A DNA stretch of 64,000 nt from the human T2T-CHM13v2.0 reference genome, Homo sapiens: assembly GCF_009914755.1 (NCBI RefSeq), contig NC_060942.1; one strand, written 5' to 3'. Below, one piece after another: positions 28,226-42,874 of the stretch; the stretch's first letter is position 1, and every line of letters starts with the position of its first letter. Made by a program: the position numbers and the translations under genes. The notes under the pieces were generated by a model. The model was given only the letters and a program-made list of their open reading frames with translations. It was not told where the DNA came from and made no database searches.

Positions 28226-29627
28226 ATACTTTATGTTTTTATTTCCATAGGTTTTTGGGGGACAGGTGCCGTTTGGTTATATAAGTAAGTTCTTTAGCGG
28301 TGATTTGTGAGATTTTGGTGTACCCATCACCCGAGCAGTGTACACTGTATCACATTTGTAGTCTTTTATCTCTCATCCCCTCCCACCCTTTTCCCCCAAG
28401 TCCCCAAAGACCATTCTATCACTCTTATGCCTTTGCATAAGAGTAACTTAGCTGAGTGGGAGTAACTTAGCTCCCACTTATGAGTGAGAACATACGATGT
28501 TTTGTTTTCTATTCCTGAGTTACTTCACTTAGAATAATGGTCTCCAATTCCATCCAGGTTTCTGCAGATGCCATTATTTTGTTCCTTTTTATGGCTGAAT
28601 AGTATTTAATGGTATAGATATAGATATAGATATAGATATATCACAATTTCTTTATCCACTTTTTGATTGACAGACATTTGGGCTGATTCCATATTCTTGC
28701 AATTGTGAATTGTGCTATTATAACTATGTGTATACAAGTATCTTTTTTGTATAATTACTTCTTTTCCTCTGGGTAGATACCCAGTAATGGGATTGCTGGA
28801 TCAAATGGTAGTTCTACTTTTATTTCTTTAAGGAATCTCTACACTGTTTTTCATAGCTGTTGTGCTAGTTTACATTTTCATAAGCTCAATTATAAATGAA
28901 ACAGGAGATATCACAATCAACCACAGAAACACAAAAGATCTTCTGGGCGAGGTGGCTCACGTACGTCTGTAATCCCAGCACTTTGGGAGGCTGAGGCGGA
29001 CGGATCACAAGGTCAGGAAATCAAGACCATCCTGGCTAACACAGTGAAACCCCGTCTCTACTAAAAAAAAAAAAAAAGTACAAAAACAATTAGCCGAGTT
29101 TGGTGGCAGGCGCCTGTAGTCCCAGCTACTCCAGAGGCTAAGGCAGTAGAATTTCTTGAACCCGGAGACGGAGCTTGCAGTGAGCCGAGATCGCGCCACT
29201 GCACTCCAGCCTAGGCGACAAGGCGAGACTCCGTCTCAAAAAAAAAAAAAAAGAAATACAAAAGATCATTCAAGGCTACTATGAACATCTTTACACGCAT
29301 AAACTAGAAAACCTAGAGGAGATGGATAAATTACTGGAAATATACCACTCTCCTAGCTTAAGCCAGGAAGAATTGGAAACCCTGAACAGACCAAAAACAA
29401 GCAGCGAGATTGAAACGGTAATAAAAATAAATTGCCATAAAACAAAGTCCAGGACCAGAACAGATTCACAGCTGAATTCTATCAGACATTCAAAGAAGAA
29501 TTGGAACCAATCCTATTTACACTATTCCATAAGACAGACAAAGAGGAAATCCTCCCTAAATCATTCTATGAAGGCAGCATCATCCTAACACCAAAACCAG
29601 GAAAGAACATGACAAAAAAAAAAAAAA
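28226..29627 (-). mobile_element. 5'-inverted L1PB (PB1-like) with an Alu inside
   Basis: Minus-strand 3' UTR (tttccataggtttttgggggacaggtg) to about 28880, then plus-strand ORF2 ([20 protein letters not shown]); TSD tgtagttcttt 28215-28225 / 29628-29638. Confidence 0.9.
28941..29251 (+). mobile_element. AluY/Sc-like
   Basis: accatcctggctaacac, gagcttgcagtgagccgagatcgcgcc; TSD agaaa(c/t)acaaaagatc 28925-28940 / 29252-29267. Confidence 0.95.
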
Positions 29628-30084
29628 TGTAGTTCTTTCCTCTTTGGCTGCTATCTCTCTGGAGAAGAAGCCTCATATCCACTGTTTGGACATTTAAGGT
29701 TAGCTCCTAGAATTCTGGAAACTAGGAAAGGGAAGGAAGCTTGAGGGTGTCTATATTTACTGCAGAAGTTTTTGTTCATCTGGAACATTTCTCAAAGAAT
29801 GAATCTCCTTCAACCTGAGATGGTGGATAAGTAGTTACTGAATCATTATTCTAAGTAGGAGTGGGGACAGAGCTGTTAGCTTTTCTAAAACATGCTTTCA
29901 ATAACTTTCCTTCTTTTTGTATCCTCTTTTATCTTCATCTTCGGTGGTATCACAGTCCTCAAATTCCTGGTAGGTTACAGGACCCCTGTGATGAGTTGTT
30001 TGATTTCTTGGGACATATAGCTCTGCAGAGGTGTATGTTACATTAATGGTTTATGCTTCCTTCACTATAAAATTATTACCTTGA

Positions 30085-31990
30085 TTGATTCAGTCAGTAT
30101 GTATTAACCAACTTTACTAACCAGGTATTGTTTGAACTCTGGAATATATTACCGGACACAAACCAAAAGTGCCATTCTCACAAAACCTATATTTTAAGAA
30201 GATAGAGAAAACCAAATACATAAGGAACAATATAGTGTTTTACAGTGTAAGAGAATTATGACGAAAATTAAAGCAAGAAAAGGTCCAGAACAATTCAAAC
30301 GCAATTTTTAATAAAAGTATGAAAGAAGACCTAATTAAGAAAATATAATAGAGAAAATTCATGACAAATGTGAGGAATTGAGCTCTTCACTATGAGAAGA
30401 GTGATCAGCAACAGAAAAGCCCTGAGGCACAACTGTGCTCTGTGAATTTGGAAAACAGCAAGAAGGCCAGTGTAGCTGGAGTGGAGTGAGGAAGGCCAAA
30501 GTAGGAAGGTAGTATCAGTTATGCAGAACCATTGTGACTGTTGAATGAACTTCAGATTTTATGTCAAGTGAAATGAAGAACTGTTGAACAGTATTATGCA
30601 GAGGTGGAAAATGACTTGCCCTATTTTAAAAACTTCTTTCTGACTCTGATGAGAATAGACTGTGTGTGGAAGAGAACTATTAGAAGGTTAGATTAGTAGC
30701 TTAGGAGAGACATATTAGAGTCCTGGAAAAGATGATGGGGGCTTAGCAGCATGACTAGAAGAGATGGTGGAGGTTTGGTATTAGTGAATATAGAGATAAA
30801 TAATTGCATTCTGCATGAATTTGAGAGTAGAACTTACAGAATTTCCTGATATCGTCACATATTAGGTATAAATGAAAAGGAAATTAAAAGATAAAGGATT
30901 AACCCTAAGGTACACACACAAACACACACACACAAGTAGAAAGTAGGCAGATGGATATACGAGTCTGACATCCAGGGGAGGGGTTTGGATTGAAGATATA
31001 AATGTGTGAGTAGCCAAGATATAAATGATATTTGTATATGTGAGGCTATATGATATAGCTGGAAAGCATTTTAGGTTTAAAAGCAAAGAAAATAAAGAAT
31101 TTAGGACTTTGCCTGGAGGCATACTTTCTTTAAGTGCTTGAGAAAATAAGACTAAATCATTAAATAAAACAGAGTGAAAACAGCCAATGAAGTAGGAAAA
31201 AAAAAGAACCCGAGGGAGTTCGGTGGAAGCCTAGTGAAGAAAGAATTCTAAGGAGGAGGGAGTGATGAACTGTGCCAAATGCTATTAATAAAGGCACTGA
31301 GGACTGAGATTGCTCATTGAGGACTGAATTTAAGAACGGAGAAATAATTGATGATCTTAACTAGGGCACTTTCGGTGGGGGATGATGGTGAGATTCTGAT
31401 TGAATTAAATTTTAGAGAGAAAAGGAGAGAAGCTGAATATAGTGCTTGTAGACAGCTTTCCTGTAGAATTTAAATATAAAAAAGAGAACAAATAAATGGA
31501 GCAATATTTATTGAAGGCCGTGGGATCTTGAGATTGTGGTTGTTGGTTAATAGGAAGTCATAACTACTTCTTAATGTGCTTCTGGTAATGACCCAATAAA
31601 GAATGAAAAATTATGAGGCAGTAGAGCTACTAGTGAAGAGTTTGTATATGAGTCAAAGTCTTTTCAACGAGCTGAAAAGGGTGGGTTGTAATGAAAAAAT
31701 GAATGACTTCAGATAGCAGCATGAAAACTGAATGTGTCATTTAGGTGGATACATACAACATATGAGTCAGATGCTGGTAGGTGGGTTGCTATGATAATGG
31801 GGGTCCGTCTCAAAGTTCTATTCTGATTGCTTCAATTTTTAGAGTAAAACAGGAAGCAAAGTCATCAACCAAGAGTGAGAACAGGACAGAAGGTTTGGGG
31901 TGTACGGTGAGAAAAGGGAACTTATTTAATAGTCAACTAAGAATGGAAAAGTATATGAATTCTAGAAGGTATTAAGGGCTCACTTGAAGT
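30085..31990 (-). mobile_element. Long L2 fragment
   Basis: aacagcaagaaggccagtgtagctggagtggagtgag, aaggaggagggagtgatgaactgtgccaaatgct. Confidence 0.8.
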
Positions 31991-32619
31991 TCATGATTCT
32001 AAAACATATATCATTGGACTACCCATTACAACTATGCTGAATACTAGAATACCTGGCTCAGAGTTTATCTGAAAGTATATTCACTATTCTAAGCAAATTT
32101 AGTCTTCTGAGGGTACAATTTATCTCCATTTCCCCCAAGAGTTCTTGGAAGAACCTGTCTCTTCCAGTTTCAAACACTATAGATCTTTCTGGCACTCCAC
32201 CTTTATTTCTGTCAGTATAATAACATTTAGTCCATCACATATTTGCAACACAGAAGTGACTGGCCCTGTGGATACTAAACAGCTGTTGAGCAAATACAGG
32301 AGTGGATGTTTCCGTCTACTGAATTACCAACCTTCTAAATGTTTAAAAATGAACTCATAGAATTCTTATATAATTTGGGAAATGAGAAATATAAAAAATC
32401 TATTTCCTTGTTAGTATACTGGTTAACAAGTGGTGGAGCCAGCACTAGGACTGGAATATTTAACTCAGCCTACAACCCTATATGATTTCTAGCTTCTTTA
32501 CCAGCTATTTACCTTCTTTCTGCCCTTAAGCAATGCAGCCCCCTATTTTAGCTATTCTTTACATCATATTCTTGTTTGGCTCAATGCTTTTTCAAATATT
32601 GATTTCTTTAATTTCAATT

Positions 32620-32970
32620 CTGTTAAGTGTGCTTTGCACCCATTCATCTTCTGATCTCAAATTGCATGACACCTCTACAAGGTAGTCTCCCAGGATTAGT
32701 CACACAAGATCAGGCCATACTGTTACTATAATCTTATATATAATCCTATATATAATCCATGCTCTCCTATAATCCTACACTTGTCCTTTATAACATTCAT
32801 GGCGGTTTTTAATTATTTGTTTATATGATTGCTTTACATCTGTTTTCTGCACTAGACTACGATCTCCAAGAACAGAGACTAGCTTCTATATTGTTTATAC
32901 TGCTTCTCTATCGCCAGAGCCTAGCATGGTTCCTAGTACATGGTAAGTGTTAAATATTTGTGAAAATAAT
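32620..32970 (+). mobile_element. L2 3' end
   Basis: cactagactacgatctcc...cagagcctagcatggttcctagtacatggtaagtg...aaatatttgtg. Confidence 0.7.
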
Positions 32971-34131
32971 GTATTATGGAACAATCTATTCTGCACCCAA
33001 GTATTTTAAAATTCTAATAGCTGAAAGTGTTCAAGCATCTTCTAAAATGTTGGAAAGAAGATTTTCTCCCTGGATGTTAATTTATACAAGATGACTTCAA
33101 AAGCCCCTTCTAATCTCAGTATTTTAGTAGTATGATCTTGGCCTAATCAGTTATCCTTTCAGGATCATGATTCCTGATCTAAAGGGAAGGATTTTATATT
33201 GATGTCTTTATCACTTCTAGCCCCATGAATCTTTGATACAATGTTAATAGCACAGGCCAAACCGAATGTAAAATATTGTTGAAAACCTACATCAGATTTT
33301 CTCCAGTAGTTTATGCTTTCTAATAGAATGGTGTCATGATCTGTGATGAAATTATTTTTATTGCTCCTTTTTAAAAAATTGACATTGATGTTTTCTACTT
33401 GCTTGCTTATCATGGAAATTAATTCTTAATTTTTAAAAGGAAACTCCTATTATTGATTAACCACATGCTGGCCCTAGAATGAGTGATCACACAAAAATGA
33501 ATCATTCAAGGGTCATTAAATATAATGGATTAGGGTTATAAAACATACTTCAGTCCTATAGAGAAATACAAGAAGCCAAATGAGATTTGTTTTTAGTAAT
33601 TGTTGATTTACATGAGCTACATATATTGTATATATAAATTCAGATTGTTATGTTAATATAAATTTGACAGAGAATACCAAGTGGCTTTGGAAGGAAATTT
33701 TGTGTTCTTGATTCATAAACACTTTTTAAAAGTCAAGTGTTTTTCAGACAATAAAGTAATGCTTGAAATCTTTATGTTTTACCCTATTTTCTAACATGTG
33801 TCTTGAAAGCAGCCTACAGTGTCCTAAAATTTTGCCAAAAGCATATATTTTCCAAGTTCTAAGAAATAATCTGTAGGATCTAATGAGCCCCTGCTAGTCA
33901 TGATCCAGATTATTATTTTTAAGAATTTCTTTATATTTATTTCTTGGGAATTTTAATGTAATTATTTCAGTAAGTTAAACCACAAATTTTATTACCATTA
34001 TGTGCATTTATTTTTGTATTGTATTTGGTACTTTTCTAATATAGATTTATGCTACTGTAAAGTTACTAGTTTATTTATTATACTTCCAAATTTGTTATCT
34101 TTCTTTCAATTTCAAAGTATTTTTCCACCAT

Positions 34132-34610
34132 TGTATGAGTTAGAATACATAACAGGTTCCTATAACAAAGAGAATTAAAAATATTGTGAGCCAAACAAGG
34201 AGACACAGTTATTTAACACACACACAAAGATTGTATTTGCCTTCGTGTGATAGCTAGATGTTGTGAGGCACCCAGACTTATTCTGTAAGTTCTACACGTT
34301 CAGCTCGTGACTTCCACAAGGTAATACACAGTGGCTTCTCCAGCTTCTACCATCACAGCATGCAGATGAAAGATATAAGACGCAGAAGGCACAGGCAATT
34401 CTGTTAAGGCCATAGCCTGGTGGTTGCGCACAACAACTCTCTCACATCTATTGTCCAGAACCTAAAGATATGATTACACCAGGGTGCACAAGAGGCTTGG
34501 ATATTTAATCTTTATCTGAGCAGCCATGTGATAAACAGAAGCTTGTATTACCAAAAAATAAGGAGAGAACAGATATTGAGAGATTGGGAGAACTATCCAT
34601 CTCTGTCACA
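34132..34610 (-). mobile_element. Old MaLR (MLT1) LTR
   Basis: ctctcacatctattgtccagaac...atctgagcagccatgtg...tctctgtcaca. Confidence 0.55.
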
Positions 34611-35402
34611 GCTACCCAACCCTCATCCATCATTAAAGACCTAACATATAGGTCTTTTATGACTCTCCCAAGCTACCACTTGCTCCTCTTTCTGTGCCCC
34701 TGCAGCACTCTTATGATTTGTTTATAAAGATCTGTCTTCCTTTTTTAGAATTAATGTCTTGAAGTGTCCTCTCTGTGTCATATGCACCTTCTTATTCAGT
34801 GTCTCTGGTTTGTTGGGGATAAAGAGATAAATGAATGGATATTTTAGAAGATCTGTTAAGTCAATGAGATAAATAAAAGGGAACCTCTGACCTGTTTGTA
34901 AACAATAGAAAATGATTTAATCAGTTGTATGGAAATGTTGAGGAAAATAAAATAAAATGTGTTTTTATCTAATGACTCAATCTAATTCAAACAGGTATTT
35001 CTCTGGGTTTTTCGAATGACTTATTTTGACACTTTCCTCACATTAGTAGAGCACATCTGAAAGGTGTACATTTGGATATAATCATGATTTTATTTTGTTT
35101 AAGTGTGTTTGTTTGTGTAAATTTTATAATGTAGTAACACTTTAATTCATATGTAGCAGTGTGACTTACAAATATTCATAGTCTTTAAAATGTATATAGT
35201 TTATCTTGCTTCAACTAGTAATCATCTCTATAAATAAAATATATCAAGATGATAATAATACTGAGAAAGTTAAATTGAATATAGTTGGAAATAAACTTCA
35301 TGTTTCCAAAGCTTCTCTACAAAGGACAACAAATTTTGAAACAAAATTTCAAAGAACAACAATTTTCTCTTGACAGTGAAATATCTGATTAGAAAAAAAC
35401 AG

Positions 35403-35692
35403 GGCCGGGCATGGTGGTTCACGCTTATAATCCCAGCACTGTGGGAGGCCAACGAGGGTGGATCATGAGGTCAGGAGTTTGAGACCAGCCTGACCAACAT
35501 GGTGAAACCCTGTCTCTACTAAAAATACAAAAATTAGCTGGGTGTGGTGGCGGGCACCTGTAATCCCAACTACACGGGAGCCTGAGGCAGAGAATGGCTT
35601 GAATCCAGAGGCAGAGTTTGCAGTTAGCCGAAATCCCGCCACTGCACTCCAGGGTGGGCAACAGAGCAAGACTCCATCAAAAAAAAAAAAAA
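35403..35692 (+). mobile_element. AluS (Sg-like)
   Basis: ggatcatgaggtcaggagtttgagaccagcctgaccaac; poly-A tail. Confidence 0.95.
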
Positions 35693-36720
35693 GTATAAAT
35701 TTTCCAAGTATTTATATACAAATGATAACACCAAAACCAAAAACCAAAGCTTATTCACTCTTAATCTAAGTAAGCAAGTTTGGATAGACCCCCACTAAGT
35801 ATGAGCATAGTCTTTAATGCTACAATGTAAACAAATATACTTATGTCATATAAACTACTTTATTATTCTGGCAAGTTGGGAACCATTGATATAGGATTTG
35901 TGAGACTCAATAATAATAGACTTTTGAGGCACAGCATTTCCTAAATTTAATTCTTTATTTTTTTGTTTACCTCCATAGAACTGCCAAACTAATTTGAATT
36001 CAATTTGCTTTTTCCTTAAAATGCTGAACTAATGACAACAACACTTACCTGGTTTCACAAGCTACAAGACTAGAAAGAATTCTTAACTATCCCAGAACTT
36101 CACTGTCTATAACCAGTTAAGAACAAATAACTAATAAACCTACTTTCTCCACATCTTTCAAATCTATTTCTTAACATCTTCACTGGCAGTAAGTTTTTAC
36201 AACTTTTGTTACCTCTCAGTTTCCTGTTTTGTCTCTTTTGCTCCAATCTACTTCCCACATGTAAAACAAATAATTCTTCTAAAATATAAATGGCTTCACA
36301 TTGTCTTTTTTAGCTTTGCCCATTAAACAGTTCTGGGGACAATGACAGCTCAGTACAACAAAAACTGCAAGGGCCCAAATCTATATTTTAAAATAATATT
36401 TTCAACCAATAGGCCAAGCCTCCTTGATTCCAACATAGCTGATTCTAGTGTTGTGATAGCTTTTGCCAGAAGCAAAAAGCTACTCAAAGTGTAATAGAGG
36501 CCTATCAAAAGGATAAAAGGATCAGTTTGAGGATATTTTTGTTGCCCCATATTTGGGACAATATAACCAAAAATGTAATAATGACTAATTAATTGCTATG
36601 TATATAGAGAGAGCAATATAATTAATCAGTTTTCTGGAAATGTTGAGGAAAATAAAATAAAATGTTTTTATCTAGTGACTCAATCTAATTCAAGTAGATA
36701 TTTCTCTGGGCTTTTGAATG

Positions 36721-36736
36721 ATATATATATAAGTGT

Positions 36737-36768
<32 letters not shown>

Positions 36769-36890
36769 TTTGTAAAGACAGGGTCTTGCTATGTTGCTCA
36801 GGCTGGTCTCAAACTCCTGGACTCAAGTGATCCTTCCACCTTGGCCTCCCAAAGTCCTGGGATTGCATGTGTTAGCCACTTTCCCCAGGC
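36721..36890 (-). mobile_element. FLAM/Alu monomer with (TA)n(CA)n in its tail
   Basis: gacagggtcttgctatgttgctcaggctggtctcaaactcctggactcaagtgatcc. Confidence 0.85.
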
Positions 36891-37059
36891 TGCAATACTG
36901 ATTAAAAACTTTAAACAGTCAGTTTCACTTTACTGGAAGTGATTATTACACTAACCTCTTAATCTGAATATTGGCAAGTGAAGGAGTTAAGCTTTGCTTG
37001 TAACTTTGGATGGAAGAATGTAGTACATCCCAATTGAGAAAGAAAACTTTCTTATAAAA

Positions 37060-37950
37060 GAATTCCAGCCATTAAATACAGGAAGAAAAATAGACTCAAA
37101 ATTCACCATTTTGTAACCCTTAATAAAATATTTGACTCAGAAAAAATGATCACTAATAGTTGCTAAAGCCATTCATTGAAAAATTCAGGGGGAAAGAATA
37201 TATTCTCATGATGCTAGAGTATCATGTCACTGATTACTTGTAAAGAAGAAAATTATATATTTTTTAAAATAGCAGTTGCCCACCCGCTTACCCAAGTAAT
37301 CACTAAAAATGGGACAATCTAATGATAAGCCTACTAATATGCTGCAATCAACCAGTACATCAACCAGGAAATATTCCCCCAAGTAACTATTTAAAATGTG
37401 TCCAAGAGAGACTTTAATTATATTTCAAAGATTACAAGAATTTTAGGAAATAAATCAACAAATTAAAAGTTACCAAAGGAAATAATTAGATAAAGTCAAC
37501 AAGGGGGATGACTGTTATGAAAAAGAGTTGAGATGAACATTCTAGTTAAATTGAGATTAAAGACAGAACAACAAAGTGTGATATATGAAATGTGATTAGA
37601 TTTTGATTTTTAAAACACCCATATAAAAGACATTTTGTGGTTATTTTGGGAAGTTTTAATATGGACTACATTTTAGAAGATGTTAGTAAAAAATTTTTGA
37701 ATTGCTTGGAAGTGATCATGACATTGTGGATATATAAAATGATGATCTTATTTTTTAGAAAATTTATATGTATGCATTTAAAGAGTTCCAAGTTGTCTAT
37801 ACCTTATTTTTAGCAAAAAATATATAAACAAAATAGATAAAACAAATACAGAAGAATGTTAACAATTGTTGAATGTTAGTTGTGTGTACAAAATGTTCTG
37901 AGTACATATCTTCAGTCTGCATGTTAAAAATTTTCAAGATAAAATGTTCG
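37060..37950 (+). mobile_element. L1MC/ME 3' fragments
   Basis: tataaaagacattttg...ttttaatatggactac...atgttaacaattgttgaat. Confidence 0.55.
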
Positions 37951-39060
37951 AAGAGCAATGGTCATCAATGCCTTATTAAATTGCAAGTTCAGTATCTTTT
38001 GTTCTGCCTTAATTTTCCTTGAGCCTCGTATATTATGCACTTAAATTTTCTTTCTTTCTTTCAATCAGCAGATACTTCATAAGCAACATAATTTGGGAAT
38101 ATTAATTCTCTGTGACTCAGTTTTCTTTCTCTTCCAATCTGAAATATCTGCGCATTCCCCAAACATCCATCCTTAGCTTTACCATCTCTTCATCATTGAT
38201 TTTCAACCTCAAGAAACTTATTAAACCTCACACTATCAACTACCATTCTATCATAACTATCAATCCCAAAACTTTATCTACAATATATCAGTCAATGTTA
38301 TTGTATGAGAAGACTATATTAGAACCAAATCAATTTCTCAAATGAACACGTATTTGTAATACATTTCTTATTTGAATAAAAAGTTGTTTTGAAAGTGACA
38401 ATATGATTCTAAGAATCTTCTCAAATAATAAAGCAGCAAGTATAATGAGAATAACATGAAAAGGCTAAAATTTAAAGATATTTGTCAAATGCACTATTGT
38501 AGCACCATAAAGGAAATATTGTGGTAATGGCACCAGAATAGATGGATTAATAAATTTAGCAGAGCAGAAAGCTCACATCAAACTCAACTAACATATGATC
38601 ATAGTGACATTTAAAATTAATGGGAAAATTCTGAATTATTTAATAAATAGTGCTGAAATCATTGGGAAATATTTGGAAAAAATATTAAAGTCACATTCAT
38701 CCTCACAATGTATACAAAAGTAAATGCAGAGGTTATTCATGCTTTCATTCAACAAAGGACCTACGTGGCAAACACTATTAACTATTAAATAGATATGTAG
38801 ATATGTAAATAAAAATATAAATAAAATTTCCCAAAAAAGGAAGAATTATGTGTATTAATATATTAAAATTCACGAATAGCCTTCTATATAAAAATTTACA
38901 GATGACCATATATATATATACACACACACACACATATATATACATATGTATAGCTATTCGTAAATGTTTAGGTGGAGAAGAGATAAGTATAGAAAAGGAA
39001 AAATGCAAAGAGGAAACATCAAATATATTGACTGTATGCATGCATGTATGTATTTACTTA

Positions 39061-39186
39061 TTTTCTGTAGTGATGAAGTCTTGCTATGTTGCCTAGGCTG
39101 GTCTCAAACTCCTGGCTTCATATGGTCCTCCCACCTCATCCTCACAAAATGGTGACATTACAAGTGTAAGCCACTGTGTCTATCCT
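39061..39186 (-). mobile_element. FLAM/Alu monomer
   Basis: gtcttgctatgttgcctaggctggtctcaaactcctggc. Confidence 0.8.
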
Positions 39187-40546
39187 GTATTGACTACAAT
39201 CAAAGCAATCCTCCCCAAAATAAGCAAACAAATGGACAACGAACAAAAAAAAATCATGAAATGGTGCAAGGCCTCGAAAATTAAAATGTGAAGGACAGAT
39301 ATTTCAAATATATAAGATAGTTAAAATGTTAATATAAAGAATTTTTACAGGACAATAACAAATATCTTTTTTTCCAGCTCTTATCCTTCTCCTAAAATTC
39401 AAGCCCATAATGTTCAGTTCACCTGTGCTAATCATTATTCTTAGAAATATTATTCTTAGAGAAAGAATTGCATTTTAAACTTTCATGAACTTTCTTTAGC
39501 CATTTATTGCTCATAATACATTTGATTATCCATCCAAGTATTTATTAAAATCTTCTCTTCTTCAAAAAATAGGGTCTCTTTTATATATTTTTTTTTCTGA
39601 CCAATTGAGAATAAAGAGGTTCTCTCTTTCTTTGAAAGCTTATCCTTCTAGAACAAGGCAGTTTACCATGATCATTAGTGATGGGCAAAACTTGTCTTTC
39701 ATACTTGATAACAAAATTTAAAAGTTTAATTTTTAGTTAATTTCCAATTCTCCATTAAAATGAATGAGTCAAAATAACCTTACCAAATCATGCTTCAGAT
39801 GGGAATTAGTTCGTATGATGCATATCACATTGATTTTATGCTGCTATGTAGTGGAAATATTGTTGCACATGTCTTTCTCATTAATTCTAACCTTTCTAAA
39901 TATACTAAAAATATTTGTAAAAAAAATTTATTCAACAGAAATTTCGAAGAATGAATAAACTGAATGAGTGAGTGAATGAAAACATGACTGACTGGTAGAG
40001 TTTTGTTAAAAACTAATTGCCTAATTATGTTTCTATGAGAGAAAACTTAAATGATAGTGTACCTAGTCAATGTAATATTTGCAATCAGCAAAATGGATGA
40101 ATTAAATCTGCATGTATTGAACATAAATATGGCCACATAACATGATATGTTATTTAATGAATACATGGGTATGCATGAAATGCAGACTATACAATATGTG
40201 CATATGTCCATGCATGCATGAGCATGTGGAACATGCATGTATGGTTATTAGTAGAAATTATCTTGGTGGCAAATGACAGAAATTGAAGTAAATGAGACAA
40301 GCAAATTCAAAATGATTTTCTCATATAACTTTGAAATCCGCAATAGGATTGAATCAGGGCTCAGTAAATTTATCAGGGTCTTTATCGCTCAAATTTACTT
40401 CTCTGTGTGTGTTGAACTCATTAACTCTTACAGCAAATAGCCTTCTTTAATACATTCAAAATAAAGAGTAGCATCAATTTCCAATATACATATTAGCAGT
40501 TTATCAAACCCAGAAAAAAGGGAGTAATTTTTCTCTTAGAATTTGT

Positions 40547-40842
40547 GGCCAGACATGGTAGCTCATGACTGTAATCCCAGAACTTTGGGAGGCCCAGGTG
40601 GTCAGATGACTTGAGGTCAGAAGTTAGAGACCAGCCTGGGCAACAGGGTGAAACCCTGTCTCTATTAAAAATACAAAAATTAGCTGGGCATGGTGGCATC
40701 CACCTGTAGTTCCAGCTCTACCTGTGAGGTTGAAGCATGAGAATCGCTTGAACCGGGGAGGCGGAGATTGCAGCGAGTTGAGATTGCGCCACTGCACTTC
40801 CCGCCTGGGCGACAGAGCAAAACTCTAATTAAAAAAAAAAAA
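40547..40842 (+). mobile_element. AluS (Sx/Sz-like)
   Basis: Full dimer with poly-A. Confidence 0.93.
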
Positions 40843-41518
40843 ATTACTCTAAAAATTAAGAATAGACAAACAGAAAATATACGACAAAACCCACATACAC
40901 TGACAAACAAAATATGAAACTAAGAAGAAATAGGTAAAGAAGCACTGAAAATACTGACATTTTCCTATTTAAAAACAAAAAGAAACAGTTGCTTTTTTGT
41001 TCCTTTTAGTCAATTATTCCCATTATGGGTTCTAAATTAGCCTCTTTTTAAAAGTTACTGAAAAGAATCCATAACTCCCCAGCTGTCATTATAAGAACTG
41101 AAATTTGCTTACATTAAAGGAAGTCTTTAGGGGTGGTTTTGTTACTGTTAAAGCTTGTCTTTTACCTTGGATAGAAGAAAACCATCATCTATTTTATGAC
41201 ATTTCAAGCAATTTTATTTACCATTGAATAATTTGGCAGCAGAATAATCTAGCAAGTCAATTTATCAAACCTTTACTAGATACATTATTCCAATAGTGCT
41301 TTTGAAATTGCATTGACATTGACTCCGACACTGTCCATTATCAGTGAGTGAGTTATTTTAATTCAAAATGACATAATCAATTGGAGGAGAAACTCATACA
41401 CACAGAAAATAAGTGACTCTTTTTCTAGTAGAAAGCATTTTTTGCATATCTTAAAAATTTAAGTGTGAACTGATAGTTTATATTCAGGTTTGATTAACCT
41501 TAATTGTTAAAATTCTAT

Positions 41519-41940
41519 TGTAGGTTGCGTTTTCTGAAAGCAGACAGACTCTGGTGGAGGTTATCATGTTAGACATTTATTAGGGAGTGATCTTGGTTGG
41601 GATTATCCCCCATAGAAGGGAAAGGAAGGATGCAGGAGTGGCTGAGGAACAAGTCCAGGTGTGATGGGGTCTGGCAACAGCCTTGACTGAACACACTTCA
41701 CTGAGCTGGTGAGAGCTGGTGCTAAATTACCTGCAAGGTAATAGCCTTGGCTTTATACTTCAACTCCATCAGACATTGGATGTGGATGTCCTGGAAGGGC
41801 ATGACTTTGCAGGAGGCAGCTTACTGCAGTTGCAGTCATCTCAGAATGGACTGAGAGCTGATAGCTGTCATTCCTGTCAAATGGTCATCGAATACATTCC
41901 TGAACCAGGAATTAAACAATATATTGCCATGTTCACCACA
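41519..41940 (-). mobile_element. LTR16-like ERVL LTR
   Basis: tgtaggttg...gaaagcagac...tttattagggagtgatcttgg...caccaca. Confidence 0.65.
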
Positions 41941-42444
41941 GATTTCGAATGTCATTCTTAGTTGGCATGCACTTAAGTCATATTTAAAAAATTATATATT
42001 TATCATAATGTAAAAATTAGACATATAGAAAATTAATTACTATGTCATAATTTTTATGAAAAAAAAATGTACATGCATTACAGTTAATACATCCAGTTCC
42101 TATTAGGATTCACATTCCCAGTTGGATGTGAAGCATGTGAAAAAGTCTTTTATAGTTGTAATCTAATTTAACAAAATATGGGAGGAGTCAGGGTGTTTCA
42201 TATAATAAACCTGAATAATCGAGAATTTTATCAAAATCATAGCATTAATTCACATTTCCTCAATCATTGCTGCTTATTGCTTTTTAGCCTAGGACAGTTT
42301 TAAGCATACATTTGGAATGTATTTTTTTTTCTTTTCACCAAGATACAGCATTTTATAGGTTTCAACACTCACTCTTATAGAAACAAAAAAAAAATTAAAA
42401 AAAAAAAGAAGGATACTTTAGGTTACTTCAGTATTATTTTTTAA

Positions 42445-42874
<430 letters not shown>

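Noticed and set aside
36043-36075. Perfect minus-strand donor CAG|GTAAGT with a possible 21-nt exon
   Set aside because: Short pyrimidine tract, two of three frames closed, no partner exons identified
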